The translations under genes were made by a program, and so were the position numbers. Under the pieces are notes generated by a model, which saw nothing but the letters and a program-made list of their open reading frames with translations, was not told the origin of the DNA and did no database searches. Source: Lingula anatina (Eukaryota > Animalia > Brachiopoda). Taken from it: 64,000 nt of DNA. The DNA lies in the NCBI GenBank assembly GCA_051362555.1, contig CM120642.1:4340001-4404000 (forward strand). The letters are read 5' to 3'. The first letter of the stretch is position 1. Every line of letters begins with the position of its first letter. Positions 1 to 11,818 of the stretch are shown here, in pieces.

Positions 1-76
1 ACTATACTTATACATTGATAATAATGGTCTTAAAACCAAGCAAAAAAAGAGTACAATTCTAAATATCTCCGCATAG

Positions 77-2226
77 GTGAAGGAGCTTATTCAGCACACA
101 GAAAGCACCCTGGGGCCTGTAGATATCTTGGTGAATAACGCGGGTATCTGGGTGATAAGGTGTATGAAGAACCTTCATGAGGAGGAGTGGGATCAGCAAG
201 TGGATGTGAACATCAAGGTAGGGCCACTGTGGTTCCCAAAGTGTACTGGTATTCAGCAATTATCGGCAATCCTTAAGTTTGGACTGGGATTGGTTGTTTT
301 GTACCATTTCAATTAAACCAAATTGTTCTCAGCGAATTGTTTATTTAAAATGCCATGCGTCTTCCTGGCTTCTCACAGAAGGCAAAGCCAACATCGACTT
401 CTGTTGTTATTATTGTACCACTAGCGCGGCGCTGGCGGTACACATGGTTTTAGTCCCAACCCATCTCGTCCACCACGTCACCGTTACCGCTGCTCCTTTC
501 AGGCTACAAGAGCCTGCGTACCCATCTCTTGCATTTAGGTCACATATAATCTCAACTCGATCCACGTAAATTTTGAGGATTGTCGGTGCACAAGTCTAAG
601 ACCCTTGTCCAAAATTTGCAAAATTAAATGCTAAATATCTCCCAAACCAAAGGAATTAACGGAAACTTTCTATAGATGGCTGACCGAAAGTCATATGTGG
701 AGATTTTAAATGTGCCCTTGGATTTGACCTTTATTTCAATCTCAAACGGGCCAAAATTTTCTAAAAATGGGAATGCTGATTTTCAGAAACGTTACAGACC
801 TAACCTACATGTATAGTATTATGGGCTGGTGTTACATTTAGAGCAGATGTTGCATTTAGCGTCATCTTTCATCTTCGTGAGTTTGGGTCAACCGGTGCAT
901 TTTCACGGGAGAGGCAGTCATTAGACGCCGAAACTGAAAACTCTCTCTAATTTTGTAACCGTAAATGCAAGAGGCCTCTTGTTTTTTTACAGTTTATAGA
1001 GCTTATCAAGCGCAACACTCATAGTGCTGTCCCCTTTTTTGTTTTCCATACGGTTACGAGTTGCGCTATATCAAAGTGTCAAATTTTCATAATGAAAATG
1101 TGACTCCCCCCATGAAATTTTGACTCTCCCTTACAAAACTTTATAAATCTTATTTTATTTGAGTATATGACTTTTATATTGTAGTATGCATTATGAAAGA
1201 TACATTGACACGTTTTTGTAGGTTGCAGGTGAAAATTTTAATGAGAAAATAAATTTTAAAATGTGTATTTTACCACTCAATGACTCCCTTATGAAAAAGC
1301 TATTTATTTATATCTGGTGATCATTTCAACATCTTTTCTTTAAGTATACTTTATGAATAACATATTGGAAATATTTGAAAGTTTGATGGTAAAATATTGG
1401 GTGCAAAAAATGAAAATAAAATCATGAAAAATCTTCATATTCATACCCGTGGGATTTGGACTCCCATGAAGAAAAGGCCCTGTTTTATATTTAGTCACCA
1501 TACCACTGTTTTCCACATGGTTTACATAGCGACATATATTTTGTTAGTATTTAAAAGTTTGATGATGAAAATTTTGGTGAAAATTGATCATTTTTGAAAC
1601 AAGTATTCATGTTATTATCTGTAGGATTTAGACTCCCATAGCCTTTTCATAGGAGTTATTGGGTGGATAAATACACATTTTTGATTTTCTTATTTTCTCA
1701 TGAAAATTTTCAAAAAGTGTCAATGTATCCTCCATTATGCATACTAGGAGATAAAAGTTATGTACTCAAATAAAATAAGGTTTATTAAGTTTTGTAAAGG
1801 GGAGTCAAAATTCCATGGGGGGGGGAGTCAGATTTTCATAATGAAATTTTGACTGGGGGAGTCAGATTTTCATGGGAGTCAGATTTTCATGTTACACAAA
1901 TTTTGAGTTGAGATGCACTACATTTCAACCCCGCTGTGAATCATTACTATCACATCGCATACTGGGCAAGAGCGGTGTCGCGTCTGATACATCGAAGAGC
2001 GTACTGACGCATACCTTGAAAACTGGCAGTGTGGTACGATATACCGGTGAATTCAGGATCATTCGGTTCCGAGTCTGGTAGTTGGGAAGGCCTGATTTTG
2101 TAGAGCGTGTCAAACACAGCACTTGAGGTGATGTCCCCTTTTTTTGTTTTCCATACGAATGCACGTACTCCAACTGGTGGTACAATACCCAGAGGCCGTA
2201 TCGCCTCTCTGATCCAGTAGTTAGTT

Positions 2227-2269
<43 letters not shown>

Positions 2270-4069
2270 GAGGTGTGGTCTCATTTGAAGGTCTGGATTT
2301 GGAAAGATACACCTGTAGACATGTATTTTAGGCCATTTAGACAAAAATGTGGCGTTGGGGCATTCTCAAATTTGTTTAAACACCTTCAAGATATACCTTA
2401 AAGAATCTTGAGAATCTTCTTCTACAGGGAGTGTTGAACTGCATTGGAGCTGTGATTTCAGGGATGTGTGAAAGGAAAAGAGGTCATATTATCAACATGT
2501 CATCAGAAAATGGAATGAAGGTAATTGTTTTAACCAATTAAAATTGTCATCCCTCTCTTCTGTATGAAGAATGAGAGTGGAAGACCTCGATTCAGTTTGT
2601 TCAAGATTACGTCCCCTATTCTGCACATCAAATCAAATCTATTTCATTTAATTCTGTTTAACTTTAAGTGCACATTAATTCATTGCATGAATTACTTTGG
2701 CATTCCAGGCTTTTGTAGGGTTCTCCGTGTACAGTTTTTACAAAAATTCATCTTTGTTTTTTTTTTTTTTTTTTCTAAAAAATACAGTGACGTATACTCT
2801 GAAGTCACAAAATAGGCTACTCACTTAATTACTTAATTTCATTAAAATTGAGTTTTGCATACTTGAATCTGACATTGCGCTGATTCAGTTTATATACACA
2901 TAGAGTCATTCTATACGCCTTATGGTCCTATGACATTTCAGCCTGCCGTAGGGTTCGCCGTATACACGGGGTCGAAGTTCTTCGTAGAGGGGATGTCACG
3001 GACGCTTCGTCAGGAAGTTTGCAAGGATGGTGTTCGTGTCACTTGTATTCAGCCTGGTGATGTTGAAACGCCCGGTTTAGCCACGACTTTGACGACAATG
3101 GACGATGAGCAGGTAAAACCTAAAGACATTCAATGTCCAGTAGATCTCTTATTGCACCTTTAAAGTAAAAATTGATAATTGGTCTTCATGACGTACTACA
3201 TAAATTTATTGCCAAATCAAATTAAGGGTTACACGTGAATGCATTTGTTATATAACCAGTAACTGTGCTACACGTATATTTATAAGTTTCCTCAGAGGTT
3301 GCATTGTTTATAGTGTAAAGCATGACAGGATTAAGAGAACTGAAGCAGCAGGTGTACTACGTGTACACAAAACATGGCACAATTAAAGGCTTCAGAAAAC
3401 CGACGAACTAAAATATCGCGCACCGTGCATATTCAGAGTGTCGGTTTTACAGTGTCTGGCCTTTTACTGTAGATGAATTGGTCGTTTGGAATTGCGAGGC
3501 GCGGGTTTGTGATTGTCGACGCCGAAGTAAAGACTTAAACTACGATTTGATTGTGCGAACGTCAAAATACTTGCTGCGAGCCCCGCAATATTTATTGCGA
3601 ACGATTTGTTCAGGTCTCTCGCTGTTTACGTACGGAAACTGCACGTCAAGCTTTCGGAAATTCCAAGTATAAATAGTAACAAACAGAATATTTAAAAAAC
3701 GAATTCCATCAAATGTTGGTTAAGTAGTTGATTTACAAGCCCGTGGTTCGAAATCACTAACGGCGATTCTTTTTTGTGAGGTCTGAATATCGAAAAGGCA
3801 TTTCGGCCGGCATTTACTTCCGCGAAGGTTTTGTTTGCAGAAAAAATGAAGCAAATTCTCTTTGAAAGTTTCATTATAAAAACCAGTGATCTGGAGAGTG
3901 CAAAAATATATTATTATCATTTCAGTGTAAACAGCTGTACACTTACCCTTTCCCTTACCCAGTTCTGGAACCTGAAGTCATCGCCCAGACAGTCCTCTAC
4001 GCAGTCACGACGCCAGATCACGTGGCCGTCAACGAGATTCTCGTTCAGCCCAGGGAGGGCCCGCTGTAG
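77..4069 (+). CDS. SDR oxidoreductase copy 1 (5' exons lie outside the window); exons 77-217, 2428-2520, 2942-3112, 3926-4069
   Basis: Exons join in frame over GT-AG introns: GPVDILVNNAG, VNIKG (Asn), NMSS (Ser), YTGSK (YxxxK), IQPGDVET, ending HVAVNEILVQPREGPL-stop. Confidence 0.88.
402..2268 (+). mobile_element. Helentron/HINE (DINE-1-like) non-autonomous insertion in an intron of SDR copy 1
   Basis: Absent from the equivalent intron of copies 2 and 3. Subterminal inverted repeat TATTGTACCAC (411-421)/GTGGTACAATA (2177-2187), partial 5' inverted copy, 3' hairpin AGAGGC-6nt-GCCTCT (2191-2208), (TTTA)n tail, internal repeated block (about 1025-1052 and 2128-2157). Confidence 0.65.
1078..1897. 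mobile_element. Foldback/MITE-like element nested in the HINE-like insertion
   Basis: About 175-bp imperfect inverted arms (1078-1253 vs 1687-1852) with GACTCCC/GGGAGTC sub-repeats. Right end ATGTTACAC; left terminus appears truncated. Confidence 0.6.
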
Positions 4070-4499
4070 ATAAACTTGTTTGGTATCTAATTAGAAAGAG
4101 ATGCTAGTAACAAGATACCTGTTTGGGTGTTATTCTTTTGTATTGGTTGTCATATTCGAGGGACTCGTACCTTGGTTGGAGCAAGTGCCAAGACAAGGGG
4201 TTTTATAAACTAGATCTCTCCAAGCTACTGGACTTCATATTACACCAGGCCACCCTCTACCAGGGTCTCAGTTATTATTGTCGACATTTTTGGCTGAATC
4301 GACATCAGACCAAAATGACTGTCTATTTATCTAGAGAAATATATGTGAATATCTGTGGAAAATCAATCTGTCGCCCTGGTACACGGTAACACCAGGCAGT
4401 ATATCCAGTATTCTGCTTTCTTTCTGTGCTATGCTGTTTTTGAGAAATCCATTTGAACAAGTATGCAGTTACAATGTGCGTCCATACATCCATTAAAGT

Positions 4500-4630
4500 T
4501 ACCCTCTACCAAGGCCAAAGATTGATTTTCCACTAGATATTCACATATAATGTCTTTGGTTAAATATCGTCAATCTCCTAACTGGAAATGCGGAAATGAA
4601 CCTATAATATCCGCCGCCCTAGCAGAGGGT
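4500..4630. mobile_element. Short TA-flanked MITE (TIR CCCTCTACCAGGG); relatives at about 4252-4387, 16093-16231, 54287-54401
   Basis: TACCCTCTACCA...TAGCAGAGGGTA termini. The same termini and a similar interior recur at the listed sites. Confidence 0.7.
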
Positions 4631-5428
4631 ACATTAGGGTGGTGATTATGCAGCTGCAGTGCGCGCGCAGAGCTGCGTCATTTAGCAGAATTTTACAAAC
4701 TGGATGGACAGGTAAATTGGTCAATTTTCGACCAGAAATTGATTGAAGGTACAGTTTGAAAGCTACTTTTTGGCTGAACGAGGGGTTAAATTGGATTATG
4801 ACTTGACATGTCGACTTTATTTTAGCTGTAGAAGAATAAAGCAAAGGTGGTTTAAAATTATTCGTATATGCGTTATTTGGAATTCACGCTCGCTTTTAAT
4901 AATGTGAAATAGTTGCAACGTTTGAGGCTACCATTTTGAAGTGGGTTTCACAAAACAATCACATTGTATTTAGTTTGCAACTGAATTCTCATTCTACTGT
5001 ACACATGTAATTTCTACTGTACTTGCACTTAGTCATACATACATGCACGCATTGAATTGGAATTGATATCCAAATTAATTTTCAATGCATTTATGTTTAA
5101 TAAAAGTGATGAAATTAACTAAATTCAGAAGTATTGGAAGAACTATGATGAAATAAGGTGATCAGAAAAGGTTAACAAATAATTTTACTATAAAAAATGA
5201 CAAAAGCCGTTGTTGAAGGGAATTTGCGGCTTGAAATGGTTTCATTTTACTCTTGATGGGCTGATTTATTCCTATTCCCGTAGACGCTTTCGTGTGACGG
5301 TGCATGATTTTACAATATTATGGGTCAGGAACTTGGCAAACAAAAGAAACCGAGTGAATATTGTCTTAACTGTCAGGTGAGGAAAACATAGATGTTTTAT
5401 TGATTCTTATCACGTCACTGAGAAGTCA

Positions 5429-5460
<32 letters not shown>

Positions 5461-5586
5461 ACAAGTAAGCTGATCACGTTCACATTTTTGTTTTTTAATC
5501 CAATAAGTTCATGCTTAATTATTTCTTCGTGTGACAAAACATGGGAATTTGGTTACAGTTATAAATCTTGTGATTGCTGTTCTTGA

Positions 5587-5600
5587 GCGCCCTCTAGCGA
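5587..5600 (-). promoter_or_regulatory. CTCF-like motif about 110 bp upstream of the SDR start; paralogous copy at 22363-22376
   Basis: TCGCTAGAGGGCGC (- strand) and TCGCTAGATGGCGC resemble the CCASYAGRKGGCRS core. Motif match only. Confidence 0.3.
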
Positions 5601-5708
5601 TGGTTTACAAAAATAAGTATGATGTGTTTATCAACCACAATAGGGTGAACTGGCGTACCGGTAGCAGAGAAAATCATATATTTAAGTTAAATTGCAATAT
5701 TATTTAGG

Positions 5709-8700
5709 ATGCAGACGTCTGCAAGAGGTGAGTTCAAGAACCACGTAAGTAAACGGGGAAGGTGATAAATTTATACTGGTAGTTTTGATATGCCTAAAGT
5801 ACTTAAGGCTTTTCAGTTGGATCAGTGCAATAGAACCTAGATTTTCACTTTATCTGAACTTCACCCACATGTATTAAATGTCACTATATATCTAGGTCAC
5901 GCAATTTAATGCGTACTTTTAAAATGCGTGTTTCATATGGCATTGTTGAAGACAAATTTTGTCTAAGTACATGTAGCGTAGATGACATCTATAGTTGACT
6001 GAAACCTGGATGTGCCGGGTACATGTACCTGTCAATGGCGGATTTACAGGGGCGTCAGAGGGGTCCTGAACCCCCTTCTATTCCTGAAAAAAAAAACACA
6101 CCAATGGCCACCGCTTGAAATTATAATTTTGACTGGCTGAATCATAGTTAATGAAATGACACCTTTCGCCCTTTAATATACCATTTTTTGGGGCCCTTAA
6201 GCGCCCCCCGAACTCCGTGCCAAGGGTGGGGGGTCGGCTTTGCATCCTCGGACTCCCCCCCCCCCCCCTTCAAATAATCCTGGATCCGCCTCTTCCTGTA
6301 CCCATATACATGCATGTCACCTCGAAGCATACCGTCCGATGGGAGCTGGGGTGGGTGGGGGTAGGGGTCAGGGCTTACTCCACGCGTTGCTGAAGCTTAA
6401 GTGTTAGCTCAGACTTAGTCCTACGTCTGCTCTATATAATATACCGGCGATATACTATACAGGTAGCTAAGGGGTTGAACAGCTTAAAAGGAAATGCAAG
6501 TGTGTACCCGGTATCTGTATATTTGTGTGTATGTGTGCGCACTTGCGGCATGTACGTCTACTAGGCTTATGAAAGCACTTTTGCTTGGTGTTTCAAGACC
6601 TTTTTGCTCCTCATTCAGACGTTTCATTTTTGCGTTAGTAATTAGATTGACCTAGACCTACTTTTCTGTTTAATTTATCATAAGGAACCATACTTATACT
6701 ATACTTCAGTTGGATGTTAAGTACAGGTAGGCCAACAGATAGTATCGGTCAAGGAGGGACAACAGATAGAATTCCTTGTATCGATATACTGTCAGAGATA
6801 CATGTAGTGACCCCTTTTTGCTACAGGTACAAGTACATTTACACACGGAAACTTTTGCCCGGCACTGCCTCTAATAGAACAGTACAGCGCTTTCCGAAAA
6901 GTTCTGTAGGAATACAACGAAACGAATAAGACTAAATGTTATGATGGTTAATTAAAGCGAAGTAAAGGAAAATAATGAAAATGAAAAATTTTATGTGCTG
7001 CATATACCGTCACCATAAAAAACTGGAAAATTATAACACTTCACATTTGTGAAGATTTGTTTTCACAACTGGTTTTGAATTAGATGTTTTACAATGCGTT
7101 TAGTAGTAAAAGTGATGTTTTTTGATGTCATGTTCTTCAAGCTTAAGGTCACCTTATCCTATCTAGTATATGGAGGTTTCCGCTACACTCTTCGTACGAC
7201 GCTTACATTCAACTCTCTATCCACGCATTCCAAATGATTAACATGCCGCTAATGAAATAAGTTTTATTCAATAAACAGAAAATTTAATACATTTTTCAGA
7301 TGACAAACCTCTTTCTGGAAAGGTTGCCGTGGTAACAGGAGCCTCTAGTGGCATTGGTGCTGCCATCTCTCGTCAACTGGCTGCTGCTGGTGCAAAGGTC
7401 GCCATGGCAGCAAGACGGGAGAACTTGTTAAAAGAAATCCAGGATGAAATTTTAAAGGAAGGGGGCGAAGCTCTAGCAGTGAAATGCGATGTTACGAACA
7501 GAGCTGAGGTAAAAAGGGTGTGGCATTGTGTATGAATGAGATGTGAATCGTGTTATGAATGTGGGGCAGAATCTTTTTGAAGTACGCTATATGATTTGGG
7601 TTGGGCAATACCTATATAATTTCGAGAAATAAAACAAAGAAAAAGATATGTTCGAGATAAGCCATAATTTAAGTGAAACGCAGTGAGTTATATGCGGCGT
7701 CTACCGGTAGTATTCTTCAGGGTTGAAGCAACGTGTTTCTTAACATGGCAAAATTATACTTATACATTGTACCTGAAAAGCAGAGATTCCTCAAAAATGA
7801 AATTGTCCAAAGTATTCTTAAAATGGTTAAATTGTAATCTAAAAACCAAGCATTGAAATAGTACAACGCTAAGTATCTCCGCATAGGTGAAGGAGCTTAT
7901 TCAGCACACAGAAAGCACCCTGGGTCCCGTGGATATCTTGGTGAATAACGCTGGTTACTGGGTGATAAGGTGTATGAAGAACCTTCACGAGGAGGAGTGG
8001 GATCAGCAAGTGGATGTGAACATCAAGGTAGAGCCACTTTGGTTTTCAAAGTTACCTGGTAAACAACCCCTATATTATCAAAATCCTGTACTGGGATAAG
8101 TTGTTTCGTACCATTTCAATTTAATCAGTTAGTTCTAAGCGAATTATTATTTATTCAGAGTACCATGCTTTTCATGAAGAAAACGCCAACATAAACTACT
8201 TTTATTTGACGGTTTTTCTAGTTTGAAAGTCTGAATTTGTAGACATGTATTTTTCAGGCCATTTAGACAAAAGATTTGTCGTTAGTGCATTTAAAATGAG
8301 TATAAACACCTTTAAGATATACCTTAACGAATCTGTCAGAATCTTTTTCTACAGGGAGTGTTGAACTGCATCGGAGCTGTGATCTCAGGGATGTGTGAAA
8401 GAAAAAGTGGTCATATCGTCAACATGTCATCAGAAAATGGAAAGAAGGTAGGCCCTAATGGTTAATTGTCAGCTCTCACTTCTGTATGAAAAATGAAAGC
8501 GTAAGACTCCGATCCAGTCAGATAGTTTGTTGATCCATAAGCTTTCAGAGTTTCAAAAATGGTAATTTTCATCATTTTGTAGCAAACTCGGCTCGCATGG
8601 ACCTTTTTCGTTTAGTTAATCAGTTTGTTCTTATGTCATTCATTATGCAAATCAAACCATGTACAACTGTTCATTCAATAGCCTTTTTACTTCAAAAAGT

Positions 8701-9896
8701 GCAAGGAACCTAGTTATCCAATGGATTATTCGAACAACAGTTACTTGTCACTTTTTTATATTTATAGTTCCACCGTGACCGCATTTCGTCGAAACAAATT
8801 TCATATACCGATACTTAGGCCAACGTACGCTACACTGAGGGCAATGTACATGTAGAGCTCTGATAACTTCATGAAATTTAACACGTATTACATATTTGGA
8901 TCGGACATGCTGCAAACATTTTACTTAATTTAATTCTGTTTCAATGCACATTAATTCATTGCATACATTACTATGGCATTCCAGGCTTTTGTAGGGTTTG
9001 CCGTGTACACAGGGTCGAAGTTCTTCGTAGAGGGGATGTCACGGACGCTTCGTAAGGAAGTTTGCAAGGATGGCGTTCGCGTTACTTGTATTCAGCCTGG
9101 TGATGTTGAAACGCCCGGTTACGCTCACAGTTTGATGACAATCGAAGATAGGCAGGTAACACATTTCACGACATAATGTCCACTGGATCTCTTATTGCCC
9201 ATTTTAAATAAAAATCGATAATTGATCCGTGAGCGGGACACTGCTGATATGCTACATGTGTATAAATTTATCGTCAGATCATATTAAGGTTACACGTAAT
9301 TTGTTTTATTACTAGTGACTGTGCTTTATGTGTTTTTCCTCAGTGGTCAATATCTGGTACCATGCATATTCAGATTGTAGGTTTTACAATATCAGGCCTT
9401 TTAAACAGTTTGGTCGTTTGGATTGCGAGTCGCGGATTTGAGATTGTGAACGCCAAGTAACGACTTATACTGCGATTTTATGGTGCGAACGTCAACGTAC
9501 TTACTGCCAGCACCGCAATATTCATGAAATTGGGGTTTAAGTTGTTAATTTACAAAACTGTAGCTCGAAATCACTAACGGCAATTCTCGTTTTTGAGGCC
9601 TAAATTATGAAACTGGCATTTCGACTGACATATGCTTCCGAGAAGGTTTTTTTTTTTTTCAGAATAAATGAAGCAAATTGTCTTTGAAATTAGCATTATA
9701 AACCCAGTGTTTTGGAGCGTGAAAAATATATACTATTATCATATCATTTCAGTGTAAACCGCTGTACACTTACCCTTTTCCTTATCCAATTATGGAACCT
9801 GAAGTTATCGCCCAGGCAGTCCTTTATGCAGTCACGCAGCCAGATCACGTGGCCGTCAACGAGATTCTCGTGCAGCCCAGGGAGAACCCGCTGTAG
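5709..9896 (+). CDS. SDR oxidoreductase copy 2, complete, 258 aa, probably NADP(H)-preferring; exons 5709-5727, 7300-7508, 7887-8027, 8355-8447, 8985-9155, 9753-9896
   Basis: 777 nt open frame MQTSARDDKPLSGKVAVVTGASSGIG...AARR...CDVT...NNAG...NMSS...YTGSK...EILVQPRENPL. The 19-nt first exon has a GTGAGT donor, is phase-compatible and is identical in copy 3. Confidence 0.9.
6033..6294. mobile_element. MITE of the CAGTGGCGGA...TCCGCC family with 5-bp TSD (CCTGT)
   Basis: CCTGT flanks both ends. The paralogous intron near 16345 shows the empty site with a single CCTGT. Confidence 0.8.
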
Positions 9897-10282
9897 ATCA
9901 TATCACTTCTCAAGTGCATTCTCCCAATGGGAATGACGTCACATCCGGAGATGGTCCATACAAGTAACGGTACTAGACACTGCACAGCGCTTTTGAAATA
10001 TTTGAATGAAACACGAACAATTAACTTTCAAAACAGTTTTATTGCAGACTGCTACTTTCATTATGACGTGATTTCAAATATCTGTACATATAATTATATG
10101 TTAACACTTCTGCGTGGGGCTCCTTTAGACACCATGCATGTATCTAGAAATAATCATTTTTACCTAAAAAAATGGTATTCTGTCTTGAAATATCAGATTA
10201 CTACACATTTGCAGTTTGACATGAAATGAGTGAAGCTTTAATTACCAACCAATTACTGGTGTGAAAAGGAATTAGATGCGTT

Positions 10283-11264
10283 TAGGGTGTTTTTATTTTA
10301 TTGCTTTAAATTCCAGTGAACAGAATTACAAGGAAACAGAACTGTGAATGAAGTATCCTCCTGTGAAAATCTAGTATTTGGAGTAAATAATTAAAATTTA
10401 TTACCACCACCAAATCGTTATATATCGCTACTGTATTGCAAAAAATTATGTACTGTACATATACTGGTACCTATTGATTTGCCCTTTTTCAGAAAAAAAG
10501 TTGATTGCACTTCTTCTATTTGTGCATACTTACTTGAATTCTTCTTCCGTGAATGGATTCCTGGGCGACACGTAAGTTAACTCAGACGTTTATTTTTCTG
10601 CATTTCATATTTTTGATTTTTAACAAATTCAATGCATTTACTGGTATGTTGCTTGAGTTTACACCAGGGGAATCCTGAGACGTGTATTATATTTATATCG
10701 TTAAATAAAGCAATGAAGAGCTTAACCAATCGTTGAAAGCTTCTTCGAAAGCTTGTGTTAGAACAAATTTACTTTATATATATACAGCCAAAAATGCATG
10801 CTAAAGCTTTCATGAAAAACAATATAAAACCAGATGGAATTTTACAAACCAAGGTCAAGAAGACGATTACGAAGACGAGGTAAGATGATCAACGGGACCA
10901 AAGACTGCAACCATGCTTTTACCGGCGGATGGCATCGACATACACAGCTAACACTTTGTGTTGTTTTAAAAAATGGAATAAATGTTTGATCGCGTTTTCA
11001 TCGATTTTTCGCTGCTTTTCCCACGCATAAGAGACCGATTTTAATTTTATAAGAAATTGATGTTCCAGGTAACGGAGAATGCGCCTTCTGTTAGATTCAT
11101 ATGGGTTAGAAACAACGTGCCTTAGGTGGGGCATAATCTAGGCTTGGGAGTTTCTGCACGATTCAATAAGAACCGGGGTCTCATACAGTGGACACTATAG
11201 TACGCGGCACCGGTCTGACTCTGACTGCAGCTGCACGGTGCAAGTGCAGAAAAGAAGTTATTTA
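10283..11264 (+). repeat. About 1-kb non-coding block duplicated in inverted orientation at 23499-24388
   Basis: For example CTGCAGCTGCACGGTGCAAGTGCAGAAAAGAAGTTATTTA (about 11225-11264) is the reverse complement of about 23499-23538. Similarity continues along the block. Confidence 0.9.
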
Positions 11265-11593
11265 AAGGTGGCTTAAATGGCTTAAACGAATCTCAAATGG
11301 CTTAAACGAATCATATTCCTCAGAAAACAACTAATGATATCTTTCTCCAAATACACAATCTGAAAGCTTATTTTGTAAATTTTGGGCTTTAAAAAACGTC
11401 CTTTTTGCTCGGCCTGGGAGTTAATGAGCTACGTGGTCACTTGTTCCGGTGACGAGGCCACCGGAGGAGAGAGCCAAGCAGCGTGTTTAGCTGTCAGGCT
11501 GTGCTGAATTGTCTACCTGTAAGATGACTTTCAGACTCCTGTAAGTACTATGGACAAAACGCTTTCACGGAGGTCTTAGAAGATGTGTGTTAA

Positions 11594-11818
11594 GACCCCA
11601 TTCCCATAGATTTTAGATCGATCTATCTCTGTGGGGAGTCTAACTAGATTACTGTCAGCTTAGCCGGCTTAAGCGTCTGTCCCGCCTACTAAAAGCTGTA
11701 AGGGGGCAATTAACTATGGTGCGCGCTCGGCTGACTACAATTTAGCGTGAACCCCCAGTTAGTTAGGTCGATCTAAATCTAAAGCTCTGGATCGTTCTAA
11801 AGCTCTGGGAATGCACCC
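11594..11818. mobile_element. MITE with GACCCCATTCC termini, TWA-flanked (PIF/Harbinger-like); close copy at about 44932-45148, diverged fragment near 33430-33525
   Basis: TIR GACCCCATTCCCATAGA.../...TCTGGGAATGCACCC. Interior highly similar to the copy in a GEN1 intron, which is flanked by TAA on both sides. Confidence 0.8.

Noticed and set aside
5709-9896. Recent horizontal transfer of a bacterial-like SDR
   Set aside because: Five spliceosomal introns and host-like composition; any transfer would be ancient and cannot be judged without a phylogeny.
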